A stretch of DNA of 61,285 nt, filler included, from Sphacelaria rigidula (lineage: Eukaryota): assembly GCA_964200075.2 (NCBI GenBank). It is 6 parts of 6 records of this genome, joined end to end, with 100 filler letters (N's around TTAATTAATTAA, not from the genome) between each part and the next. Parts side by side here need not be neighbours in the genome. Positions count along the whole stretch, not along the records: positions 10,233 to 20,364 come from CAXNAA020007068.1; positions 20,465 to 30,595 come from CAXNAA020007069.1; 4 more parts are not named here. One strand, written 5' to 3'. Positions 13,436 through 24,202 of the stretch are shown here, one piece after another; position 1 is the first letter of the stretch, and each line of letters starts with the position of its first letter. The position numbers and the translations under genes are program-made. Under the pieces are notes generated by a model. It was not told the DNA's origin. It worked only from the letters and a program-made list of their open reading frames with translations, and searched no databases.

Positions 13436-14365
13436 TCATCGATAGGTTGAGCTGGTGTGGGCAAGTGTGACGGAAAGTCGGCGTTTGCGTTCGGGGGACC
13501 TGTGCGGTACTTCAGTTATAAGTTGTAAGACGACAGGATTTCGAACCAGCGTTGTACAAGGTTTGAACGCTGGTTCCGCCGTTTTGGCAAGGCTTTCCGA
13601 AGACTTGTGATCCGTATGAATCAAAAACGGGATGTCATACAAATACTGAGGCAGACGTCGCACACCCCAAACAACTGCGCCGGCCTCTTGTTCCATGACA
13701 GACCAATTCTGTTCATTTGGAAAAGTGCTGCGACTCAGATAGAGATGGGACGAACAGTAGCATTGACTTGGTCCTGTTCTAATGTGCAGCCAAACCTAAT
13801 TTTGGAAGAATCTGTGTGGTGCCGGAAAGGGCGGGAACCCTGCTCCGCGGCCGACCAGTCAGGGAAGATGAGAATCGGCAGGCGCGAAAGGATGTCAAGG
13901 AGGCGGCGGACGGTTTTTTCCATTTTCAATGTGAAAACAAATTTCACCCCTTTTTTGAGGAGGGTGACGAGGGGTTTAAGCTCCTGAGCAAGGTTTGGCA
14001 AGTACTGTCTGTAGTAGCTTAGACCTCCCAACAAGGAATGCAGTTGAGAAATGTCCCGTGGCATGGGCATAGCGGAGAGTGCGGCGATCTTGTCGAGGTA
14101 TCGTGGTACATCGACCTAAATCCAAGGGTACAGTAGAAAAATGTTCAGTGTATCTAATCAAGATGGATCTCAATCTATCGATTACAGTGGGTGTCCAACC
14201 ATCGCTAGGTAGATCAAAACAGGATGTCATCCTGCAACTTTTAAAACTGGCGCGTTGTTCTGGAGAAAATTTATCTAGTAATGCAATTGGGGCTTGAGGG
14301 TCAGGCGCATCCGGTGGATTTGTCACCACCATGGGACCAGGCATGTGTAGCGGAGGGGGGCCCAT
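13436..14365 (-). pseudogene. pol: RT N-terminal stub fused to RT thumb/connection and RNase H
   Basis: FSTVPLDLGRCTTIP is followed directly (other frame) by DKIAALSAMPMPRDISQLHSLLGG. RNase H motifs follow. Confidence 0.9.
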
Positions 14366-14407
14366 GGATTTCGGTGGATCGGTCGGCGAGTTGTTGTTCG
14401 CCGTGGG

Positions 14408-15826
14408 TCACACATCTGACAGGGCGGTTCGTATGAGAGGCGCTTGAGCATAACCCAACAACTGACCGTTGAGTATATCGAAACATGCAGAGGACGTGAG
14501 GTAAATGGCCTGCCTACCTTCGTGGACAAAGACTTCGGTCTGTTCTAACGGACCAACCTGTGCTTGGTCAGGTTTGAGCAACTCGACCAAATAATATCCT
14601 GTGAGGGCGGGCGATCCATTGCGTCTCACGAGGTTCACTTGGATTAGTTGGGGTTCACGAGAAAGCGAGACTACAGGTTCACCAACGTAGTATAGACGGA
14701 AAGCATTACCTGTTTGCGTGGGGTCATCCTCATAAGTATGAGCTCCCGAATCAGTGTCGAAGTGACCCAGTGACAGTTTGCCTGTGAATGGACGGTTCGG
14801 GACAGGTCTGTCCGTCGAATACGTATGTGGGGAAAAACGAAGCCAACTATCTCGACCCAACCAAACATTAAAATACATGGAACCGTCGGGCACTATTAGT
14901 GCACCTACGGACAACCGAGCGGTGGGAGTAGTATCCCGGTATCATTGTACACTTGTTCTCACCGATTGATTGACCGTAAGACATGTGGAGGAACCAAAGC
15001 CACCGAAAACACAGGGGTGCACGGTGGACAGACAATGCTCGTCCGCCGCGCCCGCGTAGATCATCTGTTGCCAGCAGCTGGCTGTGATGAACGTTTGAGA
15101 CGATCCAGAGTCTGGTAGTGCAAGAGCTATCGGATGACAGTTTGCACGCGCTCCACTATGTAAAGCTATTTTTCTTGTAAAAGAAACATCATCCAGAGTT
15201 ACAGTACCACTGACGAGATCGGGCCCAAATTCGGGTAAGACATCTGACACATCCTGCTTTGCGTTTTGAACGAAGGTGCTAAAATACACCCGTTGATGAT
15301 CCTGTGGGACAAGCTTTTGGTCGGAAGGATAGGTGCGTGCATGGAGTGTCAGGGTGTGTGCCTGGAATATTTGTCTCATCAGTCGAGGGTTGAATCTCAT
15401 ATACTGCAACGGAAGGGTGATGCCGGGGAAGGGCAATTGTCGTGGTTGGACCCGACAACTGATCTGTGCGTGGTGTTTTATTTCACCCTTATTGGCCAAC
15501 AGAGGGGGCGAATCGTCAATGTGCAAAGCGGGATCAATTACATTATCCAGCTTCGTCCGAACAGGAGAGGATTTATCGGGGCGCGGTGTTGAGTTTGATA
15601 CGCCAATCAACTCAATACCATCACTAGTTAGGACCAACATGGGAGGTTTTGCAGACGATTCGTCAGGATGCGGGGTTGGTAAAGCTGGACTGTTCAACCC
15701 GGCGTCTATTAAAGGCGCCAACATGGGCAAGTTAGGAGACGAGTCGTCTTGCGTAACACTTTGTTTGCCTCGTGACGAACAAACACACGATTGAGGTGCC
15801 TTCATGACTAGGATGCAAACGTCCAT
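14408..15826 (-). pseudogene. pol: Retroviral-type aspartic protease region of pol
   Basis: ALPDSGSSQTFIT active-site motif, with downstream VWLGRDSW (the ILGxDW-type motif) after a stop or frameshift. Confidence 0.85.
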
Positions 15827-16299
15827 GATTCGGCGAAGTCTCTGTCCCTACAGACGGTAACGCTTCATCGGAAACGGGTTCTAACGTATTGCACGCGGGG
15901 TGGTCAGGGAGCAGTAACGATCTGTTCGAAATCTGGAGAGTACCTACCGGCCTGTTCCACTTCAAGGTTTTCATCTGCCTGAGCCCACACGCAATCTCCT
16001 CCTCGAAGTTCACGTGCGCTTGCTACATCAGGGTTATCTATATGATTATCTGGAAGAGCCCGTCTTTGGTGACGCGTGTAGCGCACGAAAGGATCGGCGG
16101 CTCCCGGAGCTATTGAAATGAATTCTTGGACAGTCGAACCTAGGTTACGCTCTTGGCGCACCACCTGAGTCGCTGTCACTTGGGGTTCCATTCCAACCCG
16201 CTGAGCGACGGAAAGCATGGGTTCTTTGCGGTTGCGACCCTTCAAGGAATAACTAAGCTCATTAAATAAAAGGGAATAAATAAAAGGGAACCGGGTACC

Positions 16300-18155
16300 G
16301 TAGTTTTTGCGGAACTTGGTACGGTGGTTAGCCGGGCACTTGAGCAGTTGGAGGGTGCTTACGTGTGTGGCTTTGAGTTTTGTGTTCCCCGATGAACGGT
16401 CGGAGCAGCAGTGTCTATCGTACCAGAAGATTTTTCGGCTCCTGATGCGTGATGAAACTGCACTACATTACTTCTTCTCCTTCGAAAGGAGGGGATTCGA
16501 TTGAATATGATTAGTACCTGATGAATGTAAAACTGGGTGATCAAATCCAGGATTAAAACGTTGGGTTTGGTCACTGCTCAATTGATAGCAATGCGACGGT
16601 GCACGGGCTTCGACTGTCTTGGAACCCTTCAAGGCAGTGTCAGCATATTCAGGGAACCCACACCACATGGTTGAACCCGCGGTGGCCACCGCTGATTCGT
16701 GCGTGTAATGTTTGTGACCTGGCCGAGCGAAAAAATATGGTTGACATAAAATTGTTGGACACTTCTGCAGTGAATTACGGGTAATTGTTCATTTCTAATT
16801 GTGGGATTGTACCAACCAATGAGAAATGAATTACACAAGTAGAAAATAAACAGGCAGGTGGCGGGGCTTAGGTTTTGGGCTAAGCAACGCGTCCTGGGTT
16901 ACCCCATTGTATGCTATTTGGAATCTCCGGAACTTGTAGAACGTTCCCAGAAGGTTGTCAAGTTGTGAGGTGAGTACCGCCCTGGCGGGGTTCAGCCGCG
17001 GCACTAGGTCCACTCATGTGAAACGTCTACCGTTTTGTGAATGGGCCGGTCGGTGCATGTGATTGAAAGTGTGCCAGGTCAGGTGGGTCAGGCGGTGAAT
17101 CAGTTGTCGCTTCTTGGGCGGAGCAGGCGACTGTACGAACGCAGTCGTGATTGCCAGACTTGCCAATATAGTCCAAAATGACGCGAAGCTTCCAAGTGTC
17201 TTTTGTCAACAGCTTATATTCATGCTCCGTAATTTCCAGAGCCTTCGTGGATTTGCATATCGCGCGTTCTAGTTTATTATGTTCTGTTGGCTTTTGTTCG
17301 GGGTGGACATCTACATTATGGGAGGCCTGAGCGGGCTCCTGGACCCTTGTAGATACTTGTAGGCGGGAAAATTCCAACTCTCTGTGCTCGAGTTATAATG
17401 TGTGCTAGATCGCTGCTGCGGATCTTATTCAAGCACGCTATCTGTTCAGCCTCTGAGAAGTTGTACCAGTGGCGCGGTGGAATGAAGGCTGGACGCATTT
17501 GCCGAAACCGGTCGTGTGTTTCGTCATTCGTGGGCAGGTGTTGATCCAATTTGGGCGACGTATCAAAAGCCAGAGTGGGGTGATCAGAGGGTTCAGCACC
17601 GGTTCGGGTGCGGAGGTCATCGTCAGGGAAGGTTTTCGTAGCATCAGGGTCTACGTGGAGTGATGCCATCTGAGAAAAAAGAGTGAAAACACCGTCAGCG
17701 TTTTGAGTGGCTGGTCGGTGTATAGGATAGTGGGCACCGACGGGGTCAGGTTGAGCATGTGGAGGAGGATTGTCTTCATCCACACTCATGTCCCTGAAAA
17801 TATGTCCTGCAACGACATCAACGTCACAACGTTCTGGTTCGTTTCTGTCACTCGTCTCACTACACGTGGTTGATTTGTACGGTTGTTCACCATTGTCTGT
17901 AGGGAGCGACCCGTTTTTGGAGACATAGTGCTTCGATGAAGTCGAAGGGCGGTTGATATCAGACATGACTTGTACACCCACGCAATTGCGCCAGATCATT
18001 AACGCAGGGATGCGGCGGTTGAAAAGTGAACGTTTCGTCGTGGGAGACAGCACAGTTGTTGAGGACTGAGGCGGTGAACAAAAATAAAAGAAATAGAGTG
18101 GCAGGGTACTGTCAATAGTTTTCGATCGATATGTAGGTCCGCGCACTCCGCACAT
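16300..18155 (-). pseudogene. gag: gag-like ORF1 region of the Gypsy element, frameshifted
   Basis: Overlapping minus-strand ORFs (279, 116, 60, 69, 73 aa) directly upstream of the protease. Assigned by position only. Confidence 0.55.
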
Positions 18156-18327
18156 GTATGCGGTCTAACACCTTTTCAATCAGGTGCAGACGAAGAAAAC
18201 AAAATGTCGAAGGCACAGAACAACCAGCATTTGTGTGTGTTTGATGGATAAACTCTAACAGCAAAGGGACAAGGAGAAAACGACGGTTGTCACGATCAAC
18301 AGACATCTAGGGTATCAACAGATATTT

Positions 18328-18342
18328 AGGGTCTGTCACCAG
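18328..18342 (-). promoter_or_regulatory. Candidate primer-binding site (TGGTGACAGACCC)
   Basis: TGG-initiated motif just upstream of the gag-like region. The preceding cgttgcg-c could be a mutated LTR end (cgttaca-c). Primer tRNA not assigned. Confidence 0.4.
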
Positions 18343-20364
18343 CGCAACGATGCATCAACAAACCTGCATGCCACGAAGGAAGAGACGTGTGGGATGCAGC
18401 GAACAGCAACGTCAAACCGCTCAGTTCTATTTTGAGAACACGTTGAGGCTGAGCAAAAAAATACCCACCGGATGCCGTGTTTCCAGAGGCAATACCAGCG
18501 CAGCTGGCGATACTTATTACAGTACCGCGTAGTTCGCTGAAAATAGCCGAGACGGGGGTCAATGACGTATCATCGTGCAGGTAAACAGTCAATTAATGTA
18601 CAAGGGCAACCGTAATACAAATATGTAGTGCAGTACAACAGCAGCGTACGAAGCACCGGACAGCAAAATGCTGTGTGGCACAGTACAGTACATATGATCT
18701 TCGCGGTGTGCAGCGGGGTTGGTCGGCAGTGCAGTACGATGTCAATTTGTTCGTATCACATGAAGAAAACCCGACACAACGTTATACCCGCGTCGTGTTC
18801 ATATCTACAATACAATATAGATTACTTCGTTCAGATAGTGCACAGTACCAACGTATGCTACAGCACGGCACCTCACAGTCCGCAAAATATTACCCGCTGG
18901 GACCATTTGTAATTCAAACGGTGCTGTACTCTTGTCAGTACTTAAATTCGGAACAATAGTTCAACGGGAAAGGTACGTGGCCTTCTGGACGATCAAGTAT
19001 GCACTGTAGTGCGTGGTGGTGGGGCGGCAATCAAACTGTAGTGTACCCTGGTGCCTTGTGAAAGTGAACAAGTAACATGAGCCTCACGCCTCGCCGTGTT
19101 CCATCATCCTCGTGTACAGACAACATCCTCAATCCTAGTCCATCATGTCGCATCGATATAATTCGGTGCGCATGGTGGCTCAACGTTCCGTGTTTGGGCA
19201 AAAAAAATCGTATGTACAGCGGGCGGCGATTGAAATAGCCCGCGAACTTCCTACCTGCAAGCATGAATCGGCGTGTGTTGGGACACATGTCTGTCGATTC
19301 GGTTGATACAGAATCGACGGACTGTGAGCAGGGGCGCTTGCGGGGTCAGGTGGTCGGGGGGGCGTTGACAAAGCTACGGGTCCGTGAGGGGCGTGTGTAA
19401 ACAAGGAACGTGTGAGCGGCTTTATTATCCGAGAACCGTCCGTGGGTGAAAAAGGACACCGCACTTCAGATCGAGTGTGCATGAAAACGCTATGCGTTCT
19501 CTGTGCAGTGTATAACGTTACCAGAGAGAGCGTATTCGCCACAGTGGGTTGCGGCTTGTACCGTCGATATGACCTGCAGGTTGCGGGGAACATGCTTGTG
19601 CAGCAAAAGAGGGCTTACGTCTGCGCTCGTACCTGAAGCGCCTTATGGTCCGGTCGCCACTGCCTGAAACCAACGTGGGTACTATATGACACGTAGAATC
19701 CTTGAAGCTAAGTCCAGTCGGGACGTTTTGTCAAACTCCGAGTCAAAGAGAAAACAGCTGCCCAAGAGGCTTTCTAATGACCCGCGTGTGTTACACCGAT
19801 AATCGTATACACAAATATCAAGTGAAAACAAGGACTGAAATTACAAGAGCTTGAAAAAAAAAACAGACGTATGCTTGTGGTTGGCTGATGTGTACACAGC
19901 AGCAGCCGACCGAGAGAGAAAGCAGTACAGCTTGAGGTCACAAGCTACCTCTGAAGCCCCACAATGTGGCGGTATAGGCAATACCGCAAGCAGTAAAACC
20001 GTATACGCCGAACGCAAGCAAGCCACACCCTTGTGAGGTGTCAACAAGCGATCCTGGATTGACTTGCTGCACTCAAACTGCTGTTTCAATCTCCCAATAC
20101 AATAGCCCAGCTGTCAAAGGGGAAAAACCACACAGCCCCGAAGCCAGAATACAATATCAATCGTGAATGAGAGTCAAAGTACACCACAACAAGAGACTCA
20201 CGTCAATTGCTGTGGCTCGCGACCGTGGAGGCAGAGAGACCGAAGGTGGTAGGTCATGGTTTAAAAGCTCTTCTTTATCCGATAGGTGCTTGGAGGCCGG
20301 TCGGTGTGTCGAGTGACCTCAGTAGGCGAGATAAACAGCTGGGGAAAGCTATTCTGTCAGTACG

Positions 20365-20464
20365 NNNNNNNNNNNNNNNNNNNNNNNNNNNNNNNNNNNN
20401 NNNNNNNNTTAATTAATTAANNNNNNNNNNNNNNNNNNNNNNNNNNNNNNNNNNNNNNNNNNNN
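20365..20464. other. Artificial contig-joining linker
   Basis: Same N44-TTAATTAATTAA-N44 structure. Confidence 0.98.
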
Positions 20465-20800
20465 CGATACGCGTGTACACCGCATTCGTTAGGTGCACCT
20501 AGCCACAGCTGCTCAACTGCTGTGGACATTTGGGGGGTAAGACGGCTTCGCTAGGTCGCTAGTGTTTTGCGTCTTCCCTGCAGAAGAGAAATGCCTTCAA
20601 CCCCGTATTTGGTGTGAACCCCATTTTCTAGGATTCACTGTTGTGGGGTGATGCAATGCAGCAGGGATGTGCGTGCTGGACGCTGCCTTATTACGTAGCA
20701 TTTTCAGTACGAGTACAACAGTACGTACCAATCATTCCTCCCTGTGTGCTTCTTCTTCGTTGTTGACCAAACTTACATTTTTAAAAACAAACTGTTAAGT

Positions 20801-21852
20801 CAAGGGTCTGTCGGGAGAAAAAAATCGGACACAGAGGCCCACGCCGCCCCCCTCCCGGAGGGCAGTTTTTCGAAAATTGTCGTGATTTTTAACCTTTGTT
20901 TTTTGTGATTTTTTGTGATTTTCGTTGAAATTGTTGAAAGAAATTGATCAACAGACACTTCAAAAAACAAAAATTCTGGCGGGCTTTGCGAGGTTCGTAT
21001 ATTTGCTTCTGCTCCTTGCCCGCCCTGTCCCGATGACGTCGGATGCCGGCAACGTTCGCACATATCTATGTACAATACACAAGCGCACGGTAGCGACAGC
21101 CATTAGCCAAAGTAGCAAAATGATCTGACGCCTCGCCAAATTTGCCCGGACTACTAGTGGTACACACGTGGCCGTATGGCTACACTGTAATGCGTGAGAG
21201 GACCGCGTGCTTAGAGGACCGCATCGGAATTTGAACATCCCTATGGTTTGGGTTAGGGTTAGGGTTAGTGTTGGGGTTATGGTCAGGGGCGTGGTACCTG
21301 CAGGGACTGGCTCGATTGGTTTCGAAAAATGTCGATCCTGAGGTGTTTTGAACTACGGCGCGGTCCTCTGAGCACGCGGTCCTCTCACGCATTACCTACA
21401 CCCCAAAATGCCTTCGGAGGGATGCTCAACCCTCCAGGGGCAAAACAAGCCTCCGGAGGCGTTCAACTCCTCTGGACGGAACCAAACACTCTCCTCTGGA
21501 AGGCCGCGCACCCCTTCGAAGACGTTTAATTCCTCTGGAGGCTCGAAAAGTGTACCCACCTGGAGAAAGTTTGGAGGTAGCCAAATGGCCGCGTGTGTAG
21601 ATAGTCGAGGCACACAACACGGAACATGACCCCATAAATGTAATCATGGTATGTGATGAGCTTGAAGGGGCGGTGTGCCCGTCATCTCAGCGGTCTCCAC
21701 GCCAAGGATCTCTGTACAAGGCAGCTGACCGCATCCGCCAACGCCTCGGTAGTCAACTAGGGGACTGCAGGCTGGGTCCCCCCCCCCTCAAAAAGTCGAA
21801 TTTTCGATCTTGGGGCCTGCGTGTCCCGAAATATATTTTTGACGGGCCCTTG
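20801..21852. mobile_element. Non-autonomous TIR DNA transposon, P-superfamily-like (1052 bp)
   Basis: Termini CAAGGG...CCCTTG with ~45-bp imperfect TIRs (caagggtctgtc...ggacacagaggccc vs caagggcccgtc...ggacacgcaggccc). Perfect 7-bp direct repeat GTTAAGT at 20794-20800 and 21853-21859. Confidence 0.8.
21187..21395. mobile_element. MITE-like element with ~36-bp TIRs and internal TTAGGG repeats, nested in the P-like element
   Basis: gtaatgcgtgagaggaccgcgtgcttagaggaccgc pairs with gcggtcctctgagcacgcggtcctctcacgcattac. Internal gggttagggttagggttag. Confidence 0.88.
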
Positions 21853-22173
21853 GTTAAGTTATAAAAGAAATGGTAGTTTCTCCACTGTTTTTGATCACTT
21901 GACCGTTTGTTATTGAAAATGAATTTTTGGCCAAGAACGAAACTGTCACCTACGGAAAACGCAAAGGTGCTCTGGAACGATCTCAGCGAGGAGAGCAAGT
22001 CATTCCAAGATGTCAACATTCGGTGAGCGCCTTTTTCGGGGCAAAAACGACGGAGAAGGGTCAAAAAAGCACTTTTCAACCAGTTACATTTTTCGATACA
22101 TAAGAAGTAGCCTAAGAAAGTAAAAAGAAAAAAGAAAATTGGATTCGCGATGCAAAGCAGAGCAATCTATTTA

Positions 22174-22441
22174 CACCACGACGGTCGAATCGTCGGAAAC
22201 GACCGTCACCCCCTTGAGAGCCCGTGATCTGATGGGACTTTCACGCAATCAGATTTAAAATCGGTGTCGCGTTCCATAAGATGCGTTCGAGAATGTGCAG
22301 GACCTTTCTCTTCTTTTTTGGACATAGTTTCGCTCATAACTAAGGCTGATCATGTCGATGGTAAATCTTTTTACGCCACGACTCCCGTCAGATCACGGGG
22401 AGGGACTGCCGTTTTGGACAGACGATTCGACCGTCTTGGTG
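22174..22441. mobile_element. MITE with CACCA...TGGTG termini
   Basis: caccacgacggtcgaatcgtc pairs with gacgattcgaccgtcttggtg. cccgtgatctgatggga pairs with tcccgtcagatcacggg. Confidence 0.75.
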
Positions 22442-22978
22442 AAAATAACCGAAAACTTCCCGTTCCGCAAAAAGAGCATTCCTGATCTCATGAGCATGGT
22501 GTCTGTCTTTTACCCTTATAGATGCAAGTTGTCGGGCAGAACCGCAGGTTCTTAGTACCTCATCAGAAGAAATTCACGGGTTGCATGGAATGAAAAAGTG
22601 ATTGATGTACTGCGGATAACACATATTTTTCTGCTGTGCGTATACGATGGTGTCCAGCTATGATGCCCCAATTGTGAGCGTTGGTATCGAGAAATACTCC
22701 AGGATCATTAAGATAGGATATAGGTCTCGTCTCCCAGCGTGGCACACGCATCGGGATCCTTCGTGGACTTGAGGTTAGCGCAGACTCTGATAAGGATTTG
22801 ACACACAGCAGTTCAGCGACCGACGCAGGTTCGGGTTCGTAGATTCCATTGACTCGACATAGACTCGAGTGCTTGATCTGTAGCGCCCGCACAGCTGCGG
22901 TTCGTGGTTTTCAGCAGCCCGCTCGGGGGCGTGATTTCCAGCAACCCTATGCAGACTCGGATTCGTAAACCAGCATGG

Positions 22979-23192
22979 TGTAATGCGTGAGCAGACCGCG
23001 TGCTTTTTGGGCCGCGTCGGAGTCTAAACACCCCTGCGGGTGGGATAAGGGTTAGTGTTGGTCTTTGGGTTACGGTCCGAGGCGTGGTCCCCGCTGGGAC
23101 TGGCTCCAGCGGTCTTCAATATCGTCGGTCTCGAGGAGTAGTTCTGAAGTCCGATGCGGTCCAAAAAGCACGCGGTCCTCCCACGCATTACA
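22979..23192. mobile_element. Second copy of the TTAGGG-containing MITE family
   Basis: tgtaatgcgtgag..gaccgcgtgcttttt pairs with aaaaagcacgcggtcctcccacgcattaca. Degenerate agggttagtg/gggtta core. Colinear with 21187-21395. Confidence 0.85.
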
Positions 23193-23274
23193 ACGGTGTC
23201 CAACGACACGCAAGCGGTGGTAAATAAGTGCCCTACACTTGCCGAAGGGAACAAGTGTAGTGGGGTTACGGTGC

Positions 23275-23701
23275 TGTTATGGCAAGCACAGGCTCACTAG
23301 ACAAGGCAAGTGTCCAGTCCGCAGACTGAACAGCCAGGTAGGACAACAGACACCCACTCACACAAGACGAGTTCGGCAAGTGCCAAATGTCTCAGACCGA
23401 TCTTACGCGCAGCTTATGTGTTCTTCTTTATTATCAATCCAATCTCACATTCAGTATATCAGTCTCGCCAGTGGTAGACTTCTTGCTGAGAGAGGGCAGT
23501 AGGTGGTAGTGGGTAGGGTAGGGCTTCATGAGAAAATCAAGCCGTCACCATCTCTACCATATACAAGCACATATTCGTACCCGACCAACTCTGAACAGAC
23601 CTGCAGGCTTGGGCCTTAGGATACCCCAACTGCAAATATAGAGCGACTCATCAGAGGGTCTGAGGCGGCATGATAACACACTAGTATACGTCCTCATGAC
23701 A
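23275..23701 (-). repeat. 3' LTR of the contig-3 Gypsy element (427 bp)
   Basis: On the minus strand it starts TGTCATG and ends CATAACA (terminal inverted repeat). It is preceded by the PPT-like GGGTGGGTTAG (23702-23712), contains AATAAA (23427-23432), and lies downstream of the integrase. Confidence 0.75.
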
Positions 23702-24004
23702 CTAACCCACCCAGACAAACCTTTATCACAGCTTCGAGGATCTATCCTCAAAGTAGCGAAAAACAAGGTTTCTATTTACCCGTAAAGTCATGAGCAGCTA
23801 ATGAAGCATACCTAAGGAAACACTCTCGTACCCAACACTCCCGTACCCACTCCCACACCTCAAAAGAAGGGAAGCATAGAATGCTTCGAGGAGCAGAAAA
23901 ACTGCTCCGAAACGCGGAAGCATAAACTGCTTCTGCGTGCTAGCGATCAACGAAGAAGCAAAATTGCTTCGGCATCCTAGCAAAACCAAGGGGGGGAAAC
24001 AGGG

Positions 24005-24135
24005 AGGTACAACAGGGAACAGAGCTTCAACCTGGGGGAATCGAAAGGTACAACAGGGAACAGAGCTTCAGCCTGGAGAACTACAAAGGTACAACAGGGG
24101 GCAGAGCTTCAACCTGGTGGAATCCAAAGGTACAA
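24005..24135. repeat. 41-bp tandem repeat (3 units plus a partial) in the retroelement 3' UTR
   Basis: aggtacaa at 24005, 24046, 24087 and 24128. Unit aggtacaacagggaacagagcttcaacctgg.... Confidence 0.9.
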
Positions 24136-24202
24136 AAATTGCAAGATCAGAAATCTGAAAATTGGTGATCCAACGAGATCGAGCGACAGCCGCAAGGGGG
24201 TA

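Larger units (their letters stand above)
10493..18345 (-). mobile_element. Decayed Ty3/Gypsy LTR retrotransposon internal region (gag-PR-[RT deleted]-RNaseH-INT-chromo-like)
   Basis: Gypsy domain order across frameshifted ORFs: PR LALPDSGSSQTFI; RT thumb ISQLHSLLGGLSYYRQYLPNLA; RNaseH HTDSSKIRFG, EAGAVVWGVRR, IHTDHKS; INT zinc finger HSQASTHLG; rve DNFGPLP, FTDRFSR, LLSDN, YHPSTNSGTERVNHT; LNWTGPWEI. Confidence 0.95.

Noticed and set aside
18346..19800. 5' LTR of the contig-2 Gypsy element
   Set aside because: Expected here by position, but there is no second LTR for comparison and no unambiguous TG...CA boundary, so it was not annotated.
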